64,000 bases of DNA from an uncultured Gemmatimonadales bacterium (GTDB lineage: Bacteria > Gemmatimonadota > Gemmatimonadetes > Gemmatimonadales > GWC2-71-9): contig CAVSQW010000011.1 of NCBI GenBank assembly GCA_963730185.1, forward strand, positions 22,184 to 86,183, written 5' to 3'. Within the stretch, counting starts at the first letter, position 1. Every line of letters starts with the position of its first letter. The position numbers and the translations under genes were made by a program. Shown piece after piece: positions 60,563 to 64,000 of this stretch. The notes under the pieces were generated by a model. It saw only the letters and a program-made list of their open reading frames with translations, did no database searches and was not told where the DNA came from.

Positions 60563-61957
60563 TCAGACCAGACTCCGGCAAGTGTCGATCAGATTTCGGG
60601 CCATCGCCTCGGTCGGTGCCTCGGCGATGTACCGAACGATGGGCTCCGTCCCCGACGGCCGGACGTGGACCCAGCGATCCGGCCAGGCCAGCCTGAGGCC
60701 GTCGCGCGAGTCAGCCTCAGCAGCGTCGAAGTGGCGGCGGAGCGCCGCGTAAAGGGACTCTAAGTTCGCCCCCCGTGGTGACTTGGACTTCACGATCCGG
60801 TACCGGGGCGCTCCCGCGACCACCTCGCTCGGCCGCTGTCCTGTCCGGGCCAGGTGCTGCAAAATAAGCGCCACGCCGAGAGGCGCGTCTCGGCCGATGT
60901 GTAGCGCCGGAAGGATGACACCCCCATTGCCCTCCCCCCCGATCACCGCCCCTTCCGCCTGGATCGCCTGCGCCACGTTGGCCTCGCCAACCGGGGCCCG
61001 GACGAACCGAGCCCCCGACTGGCGGGCGGCATCTTCCACGACGAGGCTGGTCGAGAGGTTGGCGACGACGACGGGACGTCGGGCGGGACCAGGCGGGGCG
61101 GAACGAGATGGGGTGGCCGCCCCACCCTCACCCAGCACCGCCCTCACCGCGAACGCCAGGGTGTAGTCCTCGCCGATCGGCGTCCCCGTCTCATCCACGA
61201 TCGCCAGGCGATCTACGTCCGGATCCACGGCCAGGCCAACGTCCGCGCCCGATCCGCGAACCAGCTCGGCCAGCTGGCCCAGGTTCTCCGGGATCGGCTC
61301 CGGCTCGCGGGGAAACCGGCCGTCGGTCTCGAGGTTGATGCCGATCACCCGGGCGCCGAGCTGCTCCAGCAGGGTGGGAATCACGGTGCCCCCCGCCCCC
61401 CGCACGCAATCCAGCGCGACGGTGAAACGACGCTTCCGGATGAGGGGAACGTCGACCTCCGGCAGGGCCAGGATGGCGGCCAGGTGGCGGGCGATCGCTT
61501 CGCCGTCTTCCGTGACCGAGCCGATCTCGTCCCACCCGGTGCGAGCCGGGCCGGCCTCGGCCAGCTGCCGCACGTCGCCGCCCGCCTCGGCCCCGAGGAA
61601 GATGCCGTCCGGCCCCACGAACTTGAGGGCGTTCCACTCGATCGGGTTGTGGCTGGCGGTGAGGATCAGACCCGCGCCGGCGTGGTGGTGCTCTACCGCC
61701 AGCTGGACCGTCGGGGTCGGCACGATCCCGAGGTCGATCACGTCGGCCCCGACCGACATCAGTCCGGCCGTCGCGGCCCGGGCGAACATCGCTCCACTGG
61801 TCCGGGCGTCGCGCCCGAGCACCACGGTGTCGGCCCCCCGGGCCCGGGCCCAGGCGCCAAGCGCGGCCGCGTGGCGGGCTACCAGCTCGGGGGTCAGGTC
61901 CTTGCCGACGATGCCCCGCATGCCTGAGACGGAAATCATCAGGGTGGCGGAGCTCAT
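60563..61957 (-). CDS. glmM: Phosphoglucosamine mutase (FCB-type; PGM/PMM superfamily)
   Basis: The ATG at 61957 (MSSATLMISVSGMRGIVG) and the active-site loop TASHNPIEWNALKF. It ends 4 nt upstream of glmS. Confidence 0.8.
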   Translation of the reverse strand: MSSATLMISVSGMRGIVGKDLTPELVARHAAALGAWARARGADTVVLGRDARTSGAMFARAATAGLMSVGADVIDLGIVPTPTVQLAVEHHHAGAGLILTASHNPIEWNALKFVGPDGIFLGAEAGGDVRQLAEAGPARTGWDEIGSVTEDGEAIARHLAAILALPEVDVPLIRKRRFTVALDCVRGAGGTVIPTLLEQLGARVIGINLETDGRFPREPEPIPENLGQLAELVRGSGADVGLAVDPDVDRLAIVDETGTPIGEDYTLAFAVRAVLGEGGAATPSRSAPPGPARRPVVVANLSTSLVVEDAARQSGARFVRAPVGEANVAQAIQAEGAVIGGEGNGGVILPALHIGRDAPLGVALILQHLARTGQRPSEVVAGAPRYRIVKSKSPRGANLESLYAALRRHFDAAEADSRDGLRLAWPDRWVHVRPSGTEPIVRYIAEAPTEAMARNLIDTCRSLV

Positions 61958-63021
61958 TGGACCTCGATCGGGAGTCGGGAGACGTCGGGAAAGGCGCGGC
62001 GGAAGGCCATGACCACGTCGGGATCGAACTGGAGGCCGGCGCAACGCTGGAGCTCCTCCATGGCGTCGGCCGGATGACGCGAGGCCCGGTAAGCCCGGTT
62101 GGTCGTCATGGCGTCGAAGGCGTCGACCACGCTCACCACCCGGGCGTGCATCGGGATCAACTCGCCACGGAGCGCGTCCGGAAAGCCGGACCCGTCCATC
62201 CGCTCGTGGTGGTGGCGGACGATCTCGAGCACCACCGGATTGTCGCGGCGGAGCGGCTCGAGGATCTCCTCGCCCTCGACCACGTGCTTCTTGATCTCGT
62301 CGAACTCCGCTGGCGTGAGCGGGCCCGGCTTGTTCAGGACCGCATCGCGAGTGCCGATCTTGCCGATGTCGTGCAGGTCACCCCCCAGGCGGATCTGGTT
62401 CAGGAGCTCGCCCGTGAAGCCCAGCATCACCGCGGTGCGAACGGCGTATCGACTCACCCGCTGGGAATGGCCCCGGGTATACACGTCCTTCTTCTCCAGC
62501 ATCCGCACGGCCATCTGAACCTGGCCGACGAACTGCTCCTTGTTCTTCAGATCGAGCTCGCGCACTTGGGCTTCGAGGCGTTCCTGGTAGCTGTGTTGGA
62601 GATAGCGGTTCTCAAGAATAAGGCGACGTTTCTCGAGGGCATTTTCAACACGCGCCCGAAATTCCTCGATCAGCACCGGCTTGGCGAGATAGTCGAATGC
62701 GCCGTGTTGCAGGGCTTCGACGGCGGTCGTGACCTCGGCGACTCCGGTGAGCATCAGCACGGCCGTATCCGGATAGCGACGCTGCACCTCCCGGAGGAGT
62801 GTCAGCCCGTCCATCTCGGGCATGTAGATGTCACTGATCACGAGGGGGAGCTCGCCGACCTCGTCCAACAGCGCGAGTCCCTCTCGCCCGTCGGCCGCCT
62901 CGATCGCGCTCACCCCGATGGCTTGCAGCACCCTGGCGAGGGTCCGGCGCACCTGGGCGTCGTCGTCCACCACCAAGGCGCGCGGCGCCTCGGCACCGGC
63001 GCCCGTCCGACCGGGTTCCAT
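61954..63021 (-). CDS. Response regulator with an HD-GYP domain (c-di-GMP phosphodiesterase-type)
   Basis: REC LVVDDD...SDIYMPEMDG. HD-GYP features GGDLHDIGKIG and HHERMDGSGFPD (GFP variant of GYP). ATGA overlap with glmM. Confidence 0.9.
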   Translation of the reverse strand: MEPGRTGAGAEAPRALVVDDDAQVRRTLARVLQAIGVSAIEAADGREGLALLDEVGELPLVISDIYMPEMDGLTLLREVQRRYPDTAVLMLTGVAEVTTAVEALQHGAFDYLAKPVLIEEFRARVENALEKRRLILENRYLQHSYQERLEAQVRELDLKNKEQFVGQVQMAVRMLEKKDVYTRGHSQRVSRYAVRTAVMLGFTGELLNQIRLGGDLHDIGKIGTRDAVLNKPGPLTPAEFDEIKKHVVEGEEILEPLRRDNPVVLEIVRHHHERMDGSGFPDALRGELIPMHARVVSVVDAFDAMTTNRAYRASRHPADAMEELQRCAGLQFDPDVVMAFRRAFPDVSRLPIEVQ

Positions 63022-63128
63022 GACGGTGGAACGTATTGCAGGCGAACGACTTCTGCAACAGATGCTTGCCCGAAAAGCGGCCCGTCGCTTAGAGTTCTTC
63101 TCCCTCTTTCCGCCCGATCGGCGCCCCC

Positions 63129-64000
63129 ATGACCCAGATTCGTGACGAGGACCTCGTCCATCGCCCGGCCACTCGAGCCGTGCATGCCGGCCAGGTCGAC
63201 GACCCGTTGGCCGGCGCGATCATGCCGCCGATCTACCAGACCTCCACCTACCGGCAGGAGGCGCTGGGACGCCACAAAGGGTACGAATACGGGCGAACCC
63301 AGAACCCGACCCGGGAGGCGCTCGAGCGGAACGTGGCCAGCCTCGAGGGTGGCCGGATGGGCTTTGCCTTCGCCTCGGGCCTGGCCGCCCTCGACGCCAT
63401 CATGAAGCTCCTCAAACAGGGCGACCACGTGGTGTCGGGCGCCAACGTATACGGCGGGAGCCACCGCCTGATGGTTCGGATCTACGAGGCGATGGGCCTC
63501 TCCTTCTCCTTCGTCGACGCCCGCGATCCCGAGCAGATCGCCCGGGCCGTGACGCCGGCCACCCGGCTGGTCTACTGCGAGACCCCGACCAATCCGATGA
63601 TGTTCCTCACCGACCTCCGGGCGGTGGGAGACGTCTGCCAGTCGCGCGGGCTCCTCTTCGTGGTCGACAACACCTTCGCGAGCCCGATCCTCCAGAATCC
63701 GCTCTCGTTCGGCGCCGACCTGGTCCTCCATTCGACCACCAAGTACATCAACGGCCACAGCGACATGGTGGGCGGGATGCTGGTGACCAGCCGCGACGAC
63801 CTCGGCGAGCGGTTGGGCTTCATCCAGAACGCCAGCGGTGCCGTGCCCGGTCCAATGGACTGCTGGCTCGCGCTCCGGGGCGTCAAGACCCTGCCGCTCC
63901 GGATGAAACAGCACGACCAGAGCGGCCGCCGGATCGCGGCCTGGCTGGTCGAGCAGCCCCAGGTCAAGAAGGTCTACTACCCCGGGCTTCCGTCCCACCC
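63129..64000 (+). CDS. Cys/Met-metabolism PLP enzyme (cystathionine gamma-synthase / beta-lyase family), 3' end outside the window
   Basis: Own translation from ATG 63129: MTQIRDEDLVHRPATRAVHAGQ...IYQTSTY...GRTQNPTREALE...HSTTKYINGHSD (PLP-Lys motif)...VYYPGLPSH. It stays open to the window end, so it is absent from the ORF track. Confidence 0.9.
   Translation, partial: MTQIRDEDLVHRPATRAVHAGQVDDPLAGAIMPPIYQTSTYRQEALGRHKGYEYGRTQNPTREALERNVASLEGGRMGFAFASGLAALDAIMKLLKQGDHVVSGANVYGGSHRLMVRIYEAMGLSFSFVDARDPEQIARAVTPATRLVYCETPTNPMMFLTDLRAVGDVCQSRGLLFVVDNTFASPILQNPLSFGADLVLHSTTKYINGHSDMVGGMLVTSRDDLGERLGFIQNASGAVPGPMDCWLALRGVKTLPLRMKQHDQSGRRIAAWLVEQPQVKKVYYPGLPSH

Overview
High-GC (about 70% by eye) bacterial chromosomal segment with roughly 60 genes and no rRNA, tRNA, CRISPR, transposase or integrase that I could recognise. 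The gene content includes two ADOP-type duplicated FtsX permeases (one with PadR), a PEP-CTERM protein, a CarboxypepD_reg-type receptor N-terminus and an FCB-type GlmM. This suggests a Gemmatimonadota- or Acidobacteriota-like soil bacterium, which is inference only.

Layout:
- 0-7 kb: PEP-CTERM gene with a sigma-54-type promoter, then a translationally coupled HK / sigma-54 activator / outer-membrane / secreted-protein operon.
- 7-16.7 kb: HNH endonuclease, a frameshifted amidohydrolase, PBP1A, tyrS flanked by two copies of a purine/pyrimidine-asymmetric repeat, a DUF853 ATPase, an aminotransferase and a patatin-ferredoxin fusion.
- 16.6-25.6 kb: LPS/glycan cluster with several glycosyltransferases, FkbM, an MsbA-like exporter and a heptosyltransferase.
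- 26-29 kb: yebC-ruvC-ruvA-(Zn-ribbon ORF)-ruvB.
- 29-43 kb: ADOP/PadR pair, frameshifted queA, MFS transporter, hydrolases, a Ser-His-Asn ClpP, a fucosidase and a HAD hydrolase.
- 43.2-46.0 kb: a compact lasso-peptide cluster.
- 46-64 kb: hybrid HK, second ADOP permease, a Cys-pair repeat lipoprotein, maf, dtd, DUF305/LVIVD, glmS-glmM coupled to an HD-GYP regulator, and a partial trans-sulfuration enzyme.

The main candidate for an undescribed system is the lasso cluster. It runs PqqD-like B1, protease B2, Asn-synthetase-like cyclase C, then a 37-aa precursor. The precursor overlaps the end of C and is hidden inside a longer track ORF. Its leader fits YxxPxLxxxGxxxxxTx, and the predicted core is GYWTGFNMELMSLRP.

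Most long track ORFs antisense to these genes are high-GC shadow ORFs.
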